64,000 bases of DNA from Podarcis erhardii (lineage: Eukaryota): assembly GCA_964252035.1 (NCBI GenBank), contig OZ176204.1; one strand, 5' to 3'. The translations under genes and the position numbers were made by a program. Shown in pieces: positions 24,601-37,020 of the stretch; position 1 is the first letter of the stretch; each line of letters starts with the position of its first letter. The notes beneath the pieces were generated by a model. It saw only the letters and a program-made list of their open reading frames with translations, had not been told where the DNA came from and searched no databases.

Positions 24601-26168
24601 TTTCTTTAAAGTCAATGAGAGTGTCATTTCTTTGGTCATAAGCAGTGACCTTTATAACTCTGCCAAGTGCTGGAGATAGAGGTTTTTAGTATATGAACTT
24701 CTGCCACAGGAGTAGTTACCATCCTCGAGCCATGGATAGATCAAGGCCAGAGTGAATTGTAGCATTCTGCCTAATTCTGGGGTTTTTGTGTGTGATGATA
24801 CACAGGCTCCCATTAATGCCTTAGGAACACAGGAAGCTGCTCTATACTGAGTCTGACCACTAGGCCATGTAGTTCAGTATTGTCTACAGTATTTGTCAGT
24901 AATTTCATACGTCTAGTGGAGGGCACTGGAAACTAAGGTCGCGGGGTGAAATGACAAAGCTTCTAAAAATGTGCAAGCAATTATACACACCACTTGACCA
25001 CCTCTTGATTATATTAAGGAATGAAAAAGCAAGCGAATGCTGCCCCCCCCCCACAAAAAACCATTTGGCAGAAATTTGGTAGGCTTAATCCACTCTGAAG
25101 AGACTCCTGTGCCTGCAAATTTTAAACAATTTGGCCAAAAAGGGGGAAAGTTTGAGCTATTTCTAGATTTCACTTTGTAGTGAATTGGGCAACACAGAGC
25201 TTCATTTTATATAGAATGGCTCAGGAACAGAATAGCAGATCAAAGTGGAGAATGTGGGAGGGGGGTTATTGGTTTGTTTTTCTTCTTGTTTTTATCATGT
25301 ATTTTGTGTTCTAATTTTGTATTTTTTTGTTGTGAACCATCCTGTAATCTTCAGATGAAGGACAGTATATAAAATAATAAATAAATAAATAGGATTTTGT
25401 TTATTTAAAAAATTGCTCCTCACATACAGATATAAGGTGCCATACGCACCCCTACATCTGCATTACTGAGAGACAAAGGGAGTAAGCTAAAAGGCATGTA
25501 CTCTTCTTTGCTGTGGGTAAAGCTTTACTGAACTGTGTACCAATATCTATTTGCCAGAATTCACAAAATGCTCATTTTCTTCTGTCTGAAAGAATTTTGT
25601 GCAGTATAGAAATTTTTGGACTCCAAGCCACTAACAGCAATGAATTCAATTAAAACTTTCGTCTGAGTTTCTGGACCACCTTGATTGATTGATTATTTAT
25701 TTATTTATTTATTGCTGCTGTTGCTGTTGGTTGGATATTTATTGTTTGATGTGAGCCACTTTGAAACTTTGGTTTGAAGTAAAATATAAAATAACAAGAG
25801 TAATGACATATGACCAGTGGATCTGGTGATGTTTGAAAGAGTGAATGTTATGATTCCAGAGTACAATTAGGTTCCTATTGTTGTTAGCCATGATGAAATT
25901 ACCCTTCCAAAGTTTTAGTTATTAACCAGTTTGGAGACAATGTTAAAAGTGATGGAAAAACCTTATACTATTATCCATCCTATGGGAGTACTGAGGTGAG
26001 GGGTGGGAAGTATCTTTAGTTACTTATAAAAACATAGTTTCTATAATAACAATATAACAATTCCAACTAAGGGGGTGCTTTAAAGTAGTTGTGGACAGGT
26101 GATTCAGCATATATTTGTCAGAACCTCTCTTGGAAGCGTGGAACATTCTGAACTAGCTCACTGGTTGT

Positions 26169-26189
26169 TTCAGCACCATGGAGAGCATC
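26169..26189 (+). promoter_or_regulatory. RE1/NRSE (REST binding site)
   Basis: TTCAGCACCATGGAGAGCATC versus consensus TTCAGCACCnnGGA(C/G)AGYRCC; both half-sites with canonical 2-nt spacer; only full match I found in the window. Confidence 0.75.
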
Positions 26190-27782
26190 CACAGCTTGTG
26201 CATCCTGAATCTGTCAATGCGGGATTTGACAAAGCAGAGACACTGACTTACCTCTCTATTGTACTATCAGCTCTAATGCCTCTATGATATTTCTACCTTC
26301 TCTGAAAACTGGCAGATAAAAACGAGTTCCCTAAAGCATGTGTGCTTAGTAACCCTCAGTATATGAAATGTTTTAAGGATTCTAATTAAATATTTCTAAA
26401 TAGTTTTAGGTCTTTCAGTACCCAGAATCATGCATTTGGGGATGGGGGATAGATGAGAGAATACACTGAGGATTAATTAATATAGAAATTCTATTACATG
26501 CATATATTTCCCCCCAAGAAAATGAAGTATTGGAATAAAACGTGAGAGGTTGCTGAAATCAAGAGGCATTGCAGTGGGGGAAAGAGTCTCAGCGCTCCAG
26601 CCAATGAACTCTTACCATTTGAAAAGTAAACAGAAAAGGGGGAGGGGAATGACATGATATGCCAGCAAAATCAACCTCTGTCCCTTTAAACTCTTGCTCA
26701 TCAAACAGTTTGGCTGGTTTCACAAGCCAGGCAAAGCATATTGACTCGGGAAGACAGTGATACCAGTTCCTGGACTGCCTCTTCTTTGCAGTGAATAAGA
26801 CAGCTTACCCAAGCAAAGGTAGGGTAAAAGATGTAGAAGCTGTGAATCCCACTTAGTTGATTTCTTCTGCTGACTAGTAGTAAGTGCATATTATTATTGC
26901 CTGTTTCTCAGCATCAGTTGCATGCAGCTTATTGTGTATGGTGCTCTTGCTCAGAGGCACTGAGATCTTGTTCAGCTCTTTTTGAACAGAGAGGCATATA
27001 TAAGTGATCAATAAATATCCCCTTAGTTCATGAGCGTCTCTAAACCTGCATTCACTTGCGTTGCTCTTGTAATCAACAGTGTGTTCTCTTTATCTGATTA
27101 CCTCATTGTCTCTGCAATCCCCAGTAAAAACTTAAATTATATTATCACTACCTTTCCCCACATTTATCCTCTGAGAGATAAATGTCCCCCCTCCCATAAT
27201 TTCAGCTGTCTGTTAAATGCATGTGCCTCAGAAGGTGGAGGTTGCACTTCTGCTTGTAGAAGAGCCATCACAATTTTGGAGGGCTGTTTATTTATATATA
27301 TATTTTACCCAAAGTGTTCATCTTATTTCACTTTGAGGGATATGGAGACTTGGGTAGGGTGATGAGAAGTGGACTCCAGAATGTGTGAAGGACCAGCTTA
27401 AAAAAGAATGATGAGGGAAGATGTGTCCAGTGGTTAGTCCCACAGAACCTGTATGGATTATATCTGGTGTGATACAGACTGTGTAGGACTCCCTGATGTA
27501 CGAAGAGTTCAGTCTGAACATCCTCATTCTCTCTGATGAGAAAGAAAACTACACAAATACAAGGTATTTCCATGCATGTTTTTATTAGTGGGATCACTTC
27601 AGCTCATGTAAGCAACCACACAACTCTGGAGGCATAAAAATGCCAACCCATATTTTCCCCTATTTATTCCAGATTTATCCTTTCTGCAGAACAGCCAATC
27701 AATTTTAAAAACAGACAAACTCTTCTTGCCAATCACCTGTTTTTGATATCTGATTAACTCATTTGCGATATTGAGCCCTAGT

Positions 27783-28258
27783 CATAGGCGCCGACTCCAT
27801 GGGGCCTGAGGGGGCCCGAGCCCCCTCAAAAATTCGTTTGGGGGGCTCCGCCCCCCCAATAATTTAAGAAAATTATTAGTTATATTATGCTTTGTAAAAT
27901 CACAAAATTATGTTGGTATTTTTTATTTTCCTTGTTTGACGATAGTTACCTTTTAAAATACATTCAGTAATGAGTTAAAACAAAGCCACTCCCGATCTAG
28001 AGAGGGGGTGGGGTTGCGGGCTCTCGACCCATCAACAATCTCGCGGGGCTGGCGTCAGCCCCGCAAGAAGCGGGGATTCCCCCTAGCTCATTAATATTCG
28101 CCGCCCACGGCGGCAGCCAATCGGCTGCCGCAAAGGGCGGGCCCTCACAGGTTCACTTAAGGTCGGGGCAGCCCAGGGCTCGCCCCTTTCGTTCCCCCAG
28201 CAGCAGCGGTTTGGAGGTCTTGGGCCCCCCCAATATTTTTTATAAGTCGGCGCCCCTG
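27783..28258. mobile_element. hAT MITE, 476 bp, CpG-rich
   Basis: TIRs cataggcgccgac / gtcggcgcccctg; perfect 8-bp TSD GCCCTAGT at 27775-82 and 28259-66. Confidence 0.92.
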
Positions 28259-29410
28259 GCCCTAGTCAGAAACCAACTATTTTCAAATAGGCAGCCTCAT
28301 CATTCTTCCTGGAAGGCATTTCAGACTTCCCCCCATCACTTATTGGACATTAGGAAAATGGCGTGAGTTCTCTCTACTAGGGAAAGAACATGTATCAGGC
28401 ATGCACATGCCAATCAGAAATATCGTCACAGTCCAGTTTAATTCCTAATCAGTTCTGTCTGGAAGTTCTGTAGTGTATTCAAACAGCTTTTTGCATGATA
28501 GTGCTTTATGTACTGGAGGTGATTAAATTATTTTCTCCACAGCAGTGAAGAATTTACAGGATTGGGCTTGGCAGGCATGGAGGTTTGGCACATTTTTCAT
28601 GAGTCTGTTTTGTAGATGGCTCAGCCAGAAGGTGCGTAATGATTAGCAGCAGTTGCAAAGAGACCTGTCTTGGGGAAGGTGACCTCAGTGCCCATGGTTT
28701 CAGAATCTGTAGCTAAAGTCTATTAGCTATTTTTCCAGATAGTCCAGCATTTCATCAACTAGAAGAAAGACAGCTGGTGAAGTTGCAGAAGATATCTGTG
28801 TGGAGATTCCAGAGGCAAAAAGATCCAGCAAGAGGAGGGTAACTGAAATTGTATTCTAAATTCCACCTCCACCTAATGTGAGCCAGTTTCTTGGGCCTAG
28901 TTATTTGTCCCCAATTTCCTTCTAATTTTGTCCACCCACCCTGTCTTCTACATTATCAGTTTTGGGCCCAAAATAATTGAATATATAGCAAGGAAAGGGG
29001 AGATGATTGTGCCTGCCAGATCTAATACAGCAAATGCATTTTTTGTGTGACTCTCATGCCTTCCCTCATTTTTAAATAAAGTTTGTAGCTCCTAGGGATC
29101 TATAGAAATCCTCTGAAATATGTGGGTGTTTGCTTGCTAAAGGCTCAGAAATCAGAGGATGAAAAATGTTTTATTATGCTGAAATGTGCATGCTGTTTTT
29201 CATCTTTTTCCAAAGCCTAGAATTTTTATAGCCTCTTTTATATGGAAAAGCGTATTCACCCACGGTTCTTAATATCCCTTCCCCTTCTGCTCTCCCTTGT
29301 TCCTGACAAAAAATGGCAATAATCAAATGACAAAATTAAATCAATTTCTATACATTTCTCCCTATTAGATTAATATTAATGACATTCTTGAGGTTGTAAA
29401 CATAGATGTA

Positions 29411-29426
29411 CTGTTTTGAATTACAG
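29411..29426 (+). promoter_or_regulatory. candidate 5'UTR-intron splice acceptor of the first PRLHR-like gene
   Basis: ctgttttgaattacAG, 26 nt before the start ATG; donor not identified with confidence (candidates 28632 and 28839). Confidence 0.45.
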
Positions 29427-29452
29427 ATGCTCTTTAACTAAACACTGTAACA

Positions 29453-30556
29453 ATGGGTACAGAGAACTCACTAATATCTATGGTTTATCATCCTGCAGGC
29501 CAAATGTCTGAGCTCTTTGAAGGTTCGGGTACCATTCCGACCAACTTCACTCCCGTGGCTTACAACATTGCTATGAATGGGACCTTGATGGTTTTCCATG
29601 GTTTGCAGCTAGTGCAACGGTTGAAGCTGTTGATCATTCTGATGTACACAGGTGTGGTCATTATTGGGATGGTAGGCAACTGCCTTCTGGTTCATGTCAT
29701 CCTGCGTGTGAAGAAGATGCACAACGTCACCAACTTCCTCATTGGGAACTTGGCCCTTTCGGATGTGGCCATGTGCACAACCTGCGTCCCCCTGACTCTC
29801 GCCTACATTTTCGAGCCACGCGGCTGGATATTTGGCAGCGCAATGTGCTACTTTGTCTACTTCATGCAGCCGGTCACAGTCTATATCTCCATCTTCACCT
29901 TGGCCACCATCGCCGTGGACCGGTACATAGTCATCATGCACCCCCTGCGACGCCGGATCTCTCTGCAGCTCAGTGCGTACATGGTCCTCTTCATCTGGAT
30001 TCTCTCTTGCTGCTTGGTGTTACCAGCCATGGCCCACACCTATTATGTGGAGCTGCATCAACAGGGTGTCATCCTGTGTGAGGAATTCTGGGGGGAGCAA
30101 GAGCGCCAGCGACAAGCCTATGCGTTGTGCCTGCTGCTGATCACTTACCTCTTCCCCTTGCTAGCCATTCTGATCTCTTACTTCAAGATCTTTCTCAAGC
30201 TGAAGAACAGAGTTGTGCCAGGGTGTGTTACTCAGACTCAGGCAGACTGGGACAGAGCCAGGCGGAAGAGGACATTCTGCCTGCTGGTCATGGTAGTAGT
30301 GGTGTTTGGGGTGTGCTGGCTTCCTCTCCACACTTTCAATCTGATCCGGGACATTAACATAAATGCAATTGATCCTTATTATTTCAGCCTGGTCCAGCTG
30401 GTTTGCCATTGGTTTGCCATGAGTTCAGCATGCTACAACCCTTTCATATATGCCTGGCTCCATGATAGCTTTAGAGAAGAGCTTAAGAAATTAGTGGTCT
30501 GGCATAGAAAAGTAGCTCCTTCTGGGCAAAGTGTGACTGTAAGTGTTGTGATCTGA
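29453..30556 (+). CDS. PRLHR-like: prolactin-releasing peptide receptor family GPCR, PRLHR1/GPR10-like subtype, 367 aa, single coding exon
   Basis: 7 TM segments; GN..L (TM1), NLA.SD (TM2), AVDRY, LCEEFW in ECL2, CWLP, NPFIY; PRLHR signature stretches [47 protein letters not shown]-terminal TVSVVI; strong Kozak acaATGg; exact orthology not determinable here. Confidence 0.96.
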   Translation: MGTENSLISMVYHPAGQMSELFEGSGTIPTNFTPVAYNIAMNGTLMVFHGLQLVQRLKLLIILMYTGVVIIGMVGNCLLVHVILRVKKMHNVTNFLIGNLALSDVAMCTTCVPLTLAYIFEPRGWIFGSAMCYFVYFMQPVTVYISIFTLATIAVDRYIVIMHPLRRRISLQLSAYMVLFIWILSCCLVLPAMAHTYYVELHQQGVILCEEFWGEQERQRQAYALCLLLITYLFPLLAILISYFKIFLKLKNRVVPGCVTQTQADWDRARRKRTFCLLVMVVVVFGVCWLPLHTFNLIRDININAIDPYYFSLVQLVCHWFAMSSACYNPFIYAWLHDSFREELKKLVVWHRKVAPSGQSVTVSVVI

Positions 30557-30628
30557 TCACTTCTCCTACAGCTGATTTTGCAGCTGATCTTGGGTCTATC
30601 ATCCCGAGCCTCTAAGGTCTAGGTGCAA

Positions 30629-30634
30629 AATAAA
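30629..30634 (+). terminator. candidate polyadenylation signal AATAAA for the first receptor
   Basis: first AATAAA, 73 nt after the stop codon; alternative at 31326-31331. Confidence 0.45.
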
Positions 30635-32944
30635 AGTTTCAAATAACAGCACGCTGTATGCTGGCAAAAACCATGACTCCATGCAATGTGACATGTGTTG
30701 GTATCCAACTCCTATCAGCCCCGGCCAGCAAGGCTAATGATCAGAGATAATGGAGGCTGGAGAGCTAGAGGGCACCATGTTGGCTGCCACTGATGTAAAG
30801 TAAATTCATAGCGTACTCTGCAGATGGATGGATTGGGGAGAAAGGAACACTGAAAGGGGGAGAATAGAAATTAAGAGTTGGCTTTTTAAAAAACAACAAG
30901 AACATTGCACCTTAAATCAGTATCAGTGAAAGTGTGTGGGTGTAGGAATTTCACTTCTTGCTTTGTCACGGTGTAGCAGAACATTGTTTATAAGGGATGT
31001 GAATGTCATTGATATCTAGTTTATGTCTTAAAGTTCTGCATGTATAATACATAGCTTATAACTAATTATGACAATGGAGTCGTATTCAGACTGCAGGGAA
31101 ATGCCAGCATTTCAAGCTACACTTGCAGAGGTTTCTGCATTTTATACTGTTTTCATGATTTGCGATTGCCTGGAGATATTAAATGCTGAATTCTGTCTCT
31201 CACGCTTATCAAATTTGCACATCAGATCTGAGCAGCGTAGACATGGTTTACTGAACATTAGACTTCAAGCAAGACTCTCTTGATCACATTATCTTGGAAT
31301 ACATATGTTGTTTGTGTGATTGTGAAATAAAAAGGACAATGGTGGTGATTTCTACCTGATAAAATGACACCTTATTGAAACACATACCAGAAGTTAAACT
31401 GGATGTTTACATGAACTTTAAGATGACATAGAAGACCAGGACAGAATGTGATACAAGACCTGCATCCAGGTCTCATTGTCAGATATATATTTGAACAGTG
31501 AGAAATCAACTGGATTTGCATTGAGTGATAATAGATTTCAGTGTGACAAGTGCCGGAAAAGCAAGTTTCTCTTACCCTTGCACTCTACATTAAAACAAAA
31601 CACCCTTTTGATTTCTAAGAGTGTGCAAATTTTATTAGAAATTTGCCATAAGCCAAGAGAAAAGTGCCCTCTGGCAGAGGTGTCTGTATGATTTTGTTAA
31701 CAAACATGCAAATAACCTCAGGGCATGAATGACATACAATTATGGGAAGACATACTTCTCTTACAGTTCAGAAAGTAATGCATATTCTTAACTGCTTTCT
31801 GGATTACTGCGTTACTATTAAGCACTGGCAATGTTCCCTGTGAATGGTAGACACTTTCAATAGACGTTAATGACATTTGGTGCTGTATCTAAGGCAGAGA
31901 TGGGGAATATTTGGCCCTATAGATGTTGCTGCTGCCTAACTCAGCAGTCCCAGCCAGCATGAACAATGATCAAGGATTTGTTTTTGGTGGGGTGGGGGTG
32001 GTACTCCAACCTTGATCTAAGGTGTTGCTAAGGTGAAGCATTATTGGATGGGCAAGAATGGGAATTTAATATTTCATATTAAATTAGTATGGTTATGAAA
32101 CATACTCTAGGCTATTCTCAATCAGGGTCATTTATTATAGCAGGACCTTTGAGATGTGAATCACAGATCTCCCATGTCAGGTCAAGTAGTCCTCTCAACA
32201 TTTTCATACCCACAAACCACTTCTGTGGCTGCTAAATTGGTTATCAAATCACTGGTTATTGAATTATTATGTCAGGCAAACTCTTGACATCAGCCTGAAC
32301 CCTCTTGGATGTGGGAGCTTGTTACGCAGGTGGATAAGAGGGGGAGTTGGTTTCGCTGGGATAGGGAAGTGGATTTTAAAGCTAACACAACTCTATCCCC
32401 AAGGTTCTCTCTCACTCTGGTTCATTTTCTCCATGAAATCTAACAAAGCAAAGGTGAGTATACTGTATGTAAGTCCACATAACAATTCTCCAGAGTTTAT
32501 AGAACAGTCATTATAATCCTTAGTAAAACCTTTCCCCCTGTCTTATTTGTTTCAAACTCCTATTATAGGATTTTTTAAAAGGGGAAATATTTAGAGCTGG
32601 CTTTTAAGTCTTACCACAAGGCACACAGGAAAGGCAGGCTCTTTGTAGCCTAATTGTGATACAGGAAAGAAGAGCAGCCTCATCAGATTGGGCCGTGTGT
32701 AGGGGGCACAGAAGCTGAAAAAAGCCAAAGGTATTCCCATGTTTTGCTCTTCCCTGGTGGAAATCATGTCTATCTGGGTTCAGCTACTTGTGAGAAACAG
32801 ACAACACTTTAAAACGACACTGGCAACATCAACAAAACTTTTCCTCAGACATTCATGGATAAGTGGATAGGTGTGCCCTTAATGCATAGGCTCTATGCCA
32901 TGAATAAATGCCTTAGTTGGAAGCAGTAAGATTTCTGAATACCA

Positions 32945-33885
32945 GTTGCTGTAACCCACAGAAAGGGAGACTGCTCTTATACTTGGGCCTTGCTTGGAGG
33001 TTTCTTTTTTTTTTTATAAGATTTTTATTAAAATTTTAAAGGTTACATAAGTAATAAAAAAATAACAACAGAAAAACACCCAATTAAACAAAAAAAGAAA
33101 ACAATACATAAAAACAAGTCACATCAAAGAAAAAAAGATAAAAAATGGAAAACAGAAAAGAAACCCCCCAAAAAGATGCATAGAATCAAGAGGAAAAAAA
33201 AGAACAAATCAAACCTTTACATGACTTTCTTTCTTTAACTTATTTCCTTGACCTCCTCACACCTCCCCTCTTTGTATTCTGGTTCAGTCAGATATTTCAG
33301 CAAATCCTTCATCTTTGTTTTTATCCTAATAATTTATCTTAATATACTGTAATTTAACATTCTCTTCTTTCACCAATTAATCATCCATTTTTACTTTATT
33401 TAATCTTATTTCTCATTGAAACTAATATATTAAACTTAATCTCTTAAGACATTTCCCCTAGGGTCATAAAAATTTCATTCCACGATTTTTCCATTTCTCA
33501 TTAAAAAAAATTTTATAAAAAAAATCTCCATATATACACTTTAAATTCCCAATTTATTTCCACCGTCTCCCCTCCCCGGTCCCTGCCCCTGCCGTCAGTT
33601 CCATCAACCTCCCAGCGTCCATCAACCTGGAGATCTGATATCCGAGGCTCTTAACTCTTCTTCATTTCCCTTCTGCTGATCTTCTTGATAATCTTTGGTG
33701 CTAAAAAGCAGATCTCGGGGGAGCTCCAACCCAACGATGCTTATATTCCTTCTTGACAAGTCTGCCAGGTTTCCATCTTGCTTGGAGGTTTCTCACAGGC
33801 ATCTGGTTGGCCACTGGGAGAACAGGATGCTGGACTAGATGGGTCACTGACATGACCTAGCAGGCTCTCCTTCTCTTCTTATGTT
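32945..33885 (+). mobile_element. CR1/LF-SINE-type tail split by an L1-type insertion
   Basis: gaataccagttgctg...cttgcttggaggtttct | insert | cacaggcatctggttggccactgggagaacaggatgctggactagatggg...cttatgtt. Confidence 0.7.
33006..33776 (-). mobile_element. L1-mobilised non-autonomous retroelement, 771 bp, 5'-truncated
   Basis: perfect 17-bp TSD cttgcttggaggtttct (32989-33005 and 33777-33793); poly(A) and AATAAA on minus strand; short ORF1-like frame at 33622-33774. Confidence 0.85.
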
Positions 33886-34720
33886 GACTTGGAGAATGGA
33901 CACTTCCTTCCTGAACCTTCCTGAGGACTGCTGGGCTCACTCACTCAAAGGAGCAAGGGGTTGTGATAGACATGGGTTGTCCTCCTGTGAGACATGTGCA
34001 GCTATGAGGAGCCCAAACTAGTTCTTAAACTGATCCTGGAATCCCAGCAAGGATGAGTTTCTCTTTTAGCTGGAGGTCAGTGGTGGCTGAGCATTTGCTG
34101 CCTCAGACTAAGAGTGTATGCCTGCAGTAACCATTTTAGCTCTTGTGCATGCTACCTTTCTCTCTGCTGCAAGTCTTTACTATCAGTAATATTGTGGCCC
34201 TCACTGGAACCGAGGCCTGGAGGGGTGTCTCTTTATTCCCTGGTGTCCAGGAAACATTGGAAATGAGTGAGTCACCCACTTATCCTGGATTTAGCAAGCC
34301 CTTTCTGATAGCCTGAATGAAAAGTGCAAACCACACTTAGCACATGTCTGGGGTGGAGAAAGTGGCCTGTTTTCCTGTTACAAAATGAAATATTGATTTT
34401 TAAATCCTGATGAATAGCACACATCTCTGTTCGAAGGTGTTAACAGCAAAGAAAACCTTCAAATCACGCTGGATATCACAGCAGGTGGTTGGGAAGATGT
34501 GATGCCTCTCTGCATTTTTGTGAATATCAGCCTTCCAGCCTTTTCCTTCAAGCAGGCTGACATGCAAAGCCATGAGCAAATACAGGGGAAATTGAAGGCA
34601 CAAGGTCTTCGGCATACTGTAAAGGTCAGTATAAGAGGCTCACAAAAGGGAGGCAGGAGTTGACTATAATAGCCCATAGTTCCTCTTTCCTTATTACAGG
34701 TTAGCAGAAAGCAAGCACCT

Positions 34721-35121
34721 ACATTGGCTCCCAGTACGTTTCCGAGCACAATTCAAAGTGCTGGTGTTGACCTTTAAAGCCCTAAACGGCCTCGGCCCAA
34801 TATACCTGAAGGAGAGTCTCCACCCCCATCGTTCTGCCCGGACGCTGAGGTCCAGCGCCGAGGGCCTTCTGGCGGTTCCCTCATTGTGAGAAGCAAAGCT
34901 ACAGGGAACCAAGCAGAGGGCCTTCTCAGTAGTGGCGCCCGCCCTGTGGAACGCCCTCCCATCAGATGTCAAAGAGATAAACCTGACATTCAGAAGACAT
35001 CTGAAGGCAGCCCTGTTCAGGGAAGTTTTTAATGTGTGACATCTTAATGTATTTTTGGTCTTTGTTGGAAGCCACCCAGAGTGGCTGGAGAAACCCAGCC
35101 AGATGGGCGGGGTACAAATAA

Positions 35122-35168
<47 letters not shown>
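34721..35168 (+). mobile_element. L2 LINE 3' end with (ATT)n tail
   Basis: HWLPVRFRAQFKVLVLTFKALNGLGP.YL...RAFSVVAPALWNALP...RRHLKAALF; one in-frame stop. Confidence 0.92.
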
Positions 35169-35169
<1 letters not shown>

Positions 35170-36822
35170 TCTGGCTAATGGTTTGTTGTGATGCAGAGGT
35201 GGGCTCTATCACTGATGCTGCTGTGCAATGCACTCCCTGTTGATATATGAAAAGCCCTATCTATATTGGCATTCTGCTGTCTTTTGAAGACACACCTGTT
35301 TATGCAGGCATTCCCCTAAGCTCTCAGACTGGGTCGCCTGTTTTAATTACTGTGTTGTTTTAAAAGGGATTGTTTTATTGTATATTCTAAAACTGGGTGC
35401 TTACAATTCTCACTGGATGACTTTGGGCCAATCACTAACCCTGGCCATAGCCTACCCCAAAGGTTTACTGTGCCAGGAGCATGTGAGCTCCCCTGTGGAT
35501 CTGGGAGAAAAGATGAGATAAAGAAATCATCACTGTCATCATCTTTAAAAGTCTGCTGTATCAAGGCAACATTTTGTAGCCTGCCAAGCAACAGCAGATT
35601 CGTTCATTTATTTTTAGAGGCAGGAGACGGAGTTTGTGTGAATTCAGCTCAGTAGTTGGAGGAATAAAGCACCCTATCTCCCGGCCACCTAAAGATTGCC
35701 ATCTTGTCTAATACACTATCAGTAGCTTCACTAGCAGCCAGAGAGGAACAGACCTGTGATGCTTTAATTGTGTCAGTCAACAGGGGAGAATTGCCAGTCT
35801 CTCTCCAGAGTTTCAGTTTGCAGCCAATTTAGAGAACATTTTCACAACAGCTACAGCAGTGATTCTTTTTTCTTACGGTTGTTGACTAACTAATTGATGA
35901 CAGACACCAGAATCTGAGAATACCTATTTGGTGAAGTCTTTCGCTAATCTAAACTTTAAATAATATGCAGGAATTGTTTGGTAGTCTCACAATACATTGG
36001 ATTCACAAAACGGGTAAGCAGGGAGGGTTTGCACATGCTGGTTGGCTGTTTATGTTCTCTGTGAGACCCCTTCTGCATAAAGAGGTTTCAGTATGTAGAA
36101 GGTGGGAAGCAAATACAGTCCAAATCAGCCTTGATTACATTGGCTGGAGGGGAAAAAATGCTGCTGTGATCACAGAAATGGCCCACAGTCTAATCCGGAA
36201 TCCAGTTACAGAGTATTGTATTTAAGTCAATTTATTCTAATTGAACTAAAATCAGCTTAAAGCCAAAATCCTCTAGTTTACTGGTAGGTGGCCCACAGCC
36301 AGAGGTTCAGATAATGTCAGGAAGAGTTAATAAGTATTTTGAGAGGAAGAGAGGGCAGAAACATTACAGACACTGCTTCGAGTCAGAAGGATGGTGACGG
36401 TCTGGAACATGATTAGAAATTAAACAATGTTCTGATATTTTATTTTTCCTGTTGAATTCCTGACTCCTCACTACTAAGTATTTGTGCTAATCTGCTGCAT
36501 CAAAATGCCACATTTGTGCCTGCAGTGTTAAGCTAATCCAATATTTAGCACCACTTTGGCAACATTGCTACTGAAACATTCTATAGTGAGTATGGACACA
36601 CTACCTCTCAGGCCTTATTGTAAATTCTGTAATATGTCCCCATACAGTGGTGATCTGAATGCTATTAGCATGGATTAGCCCGGCAAATGAGTAAATCCCA
36701 ACTTTCTCATGAAGAGAATGCACCAGCTTCCACGAGTTTGAATTGGGCAACCATTTTGTATTAAGTTTTAATTTATATAAAGAATTCAAGAGAGAAAAAG
36801 CCCTGAACAGCTATTTTACCTG

Positions 36823-37020
36823 CATTATGTTTTAGTAGTCATTGACTACACCAAATGGGCTGAGGCCTTTGTCCTTCCAGACCAGGAAACCATTGCTGTG
36901 TCCTGGTTTTTGTTGAGAAATGCATTGTATGCATGGCACACCTAGATGCATACAGACCAGAATGCAAGTTTTGAGTCAAAACTCTTTCGCAAGATTTGTG
37001 AGCTGCTGGAAATCCACACA
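36823..37020 (+). pseudogene. Gypsy/Ty3-type (or Gin/Ginger) integrase fossil
   Basis: HYVLVVIDYTKWAEAFVLPDQETIAV...*MHTDQNASFESKLFRKICELLEIHT contains the first two catalytic Asp of the rve core; stop at 36943-45; too short for the ORF track. Confidence 0.8.

Noticed and set aside
26246-26253. Perfect minus-strand donor (AG|GTAAGT) next to the RE1, suggesting an antisense lncRNA
   Set aside because: A single 8-mer without a convincing matching acceptor or promoter
29609-30409. Overlapping and antisense ORFs inside the first receptor (likewise 40432-41553 in the second)
   Set aside because: Expected shadows of GC3-rich coding sequence; no motifs or independent signals
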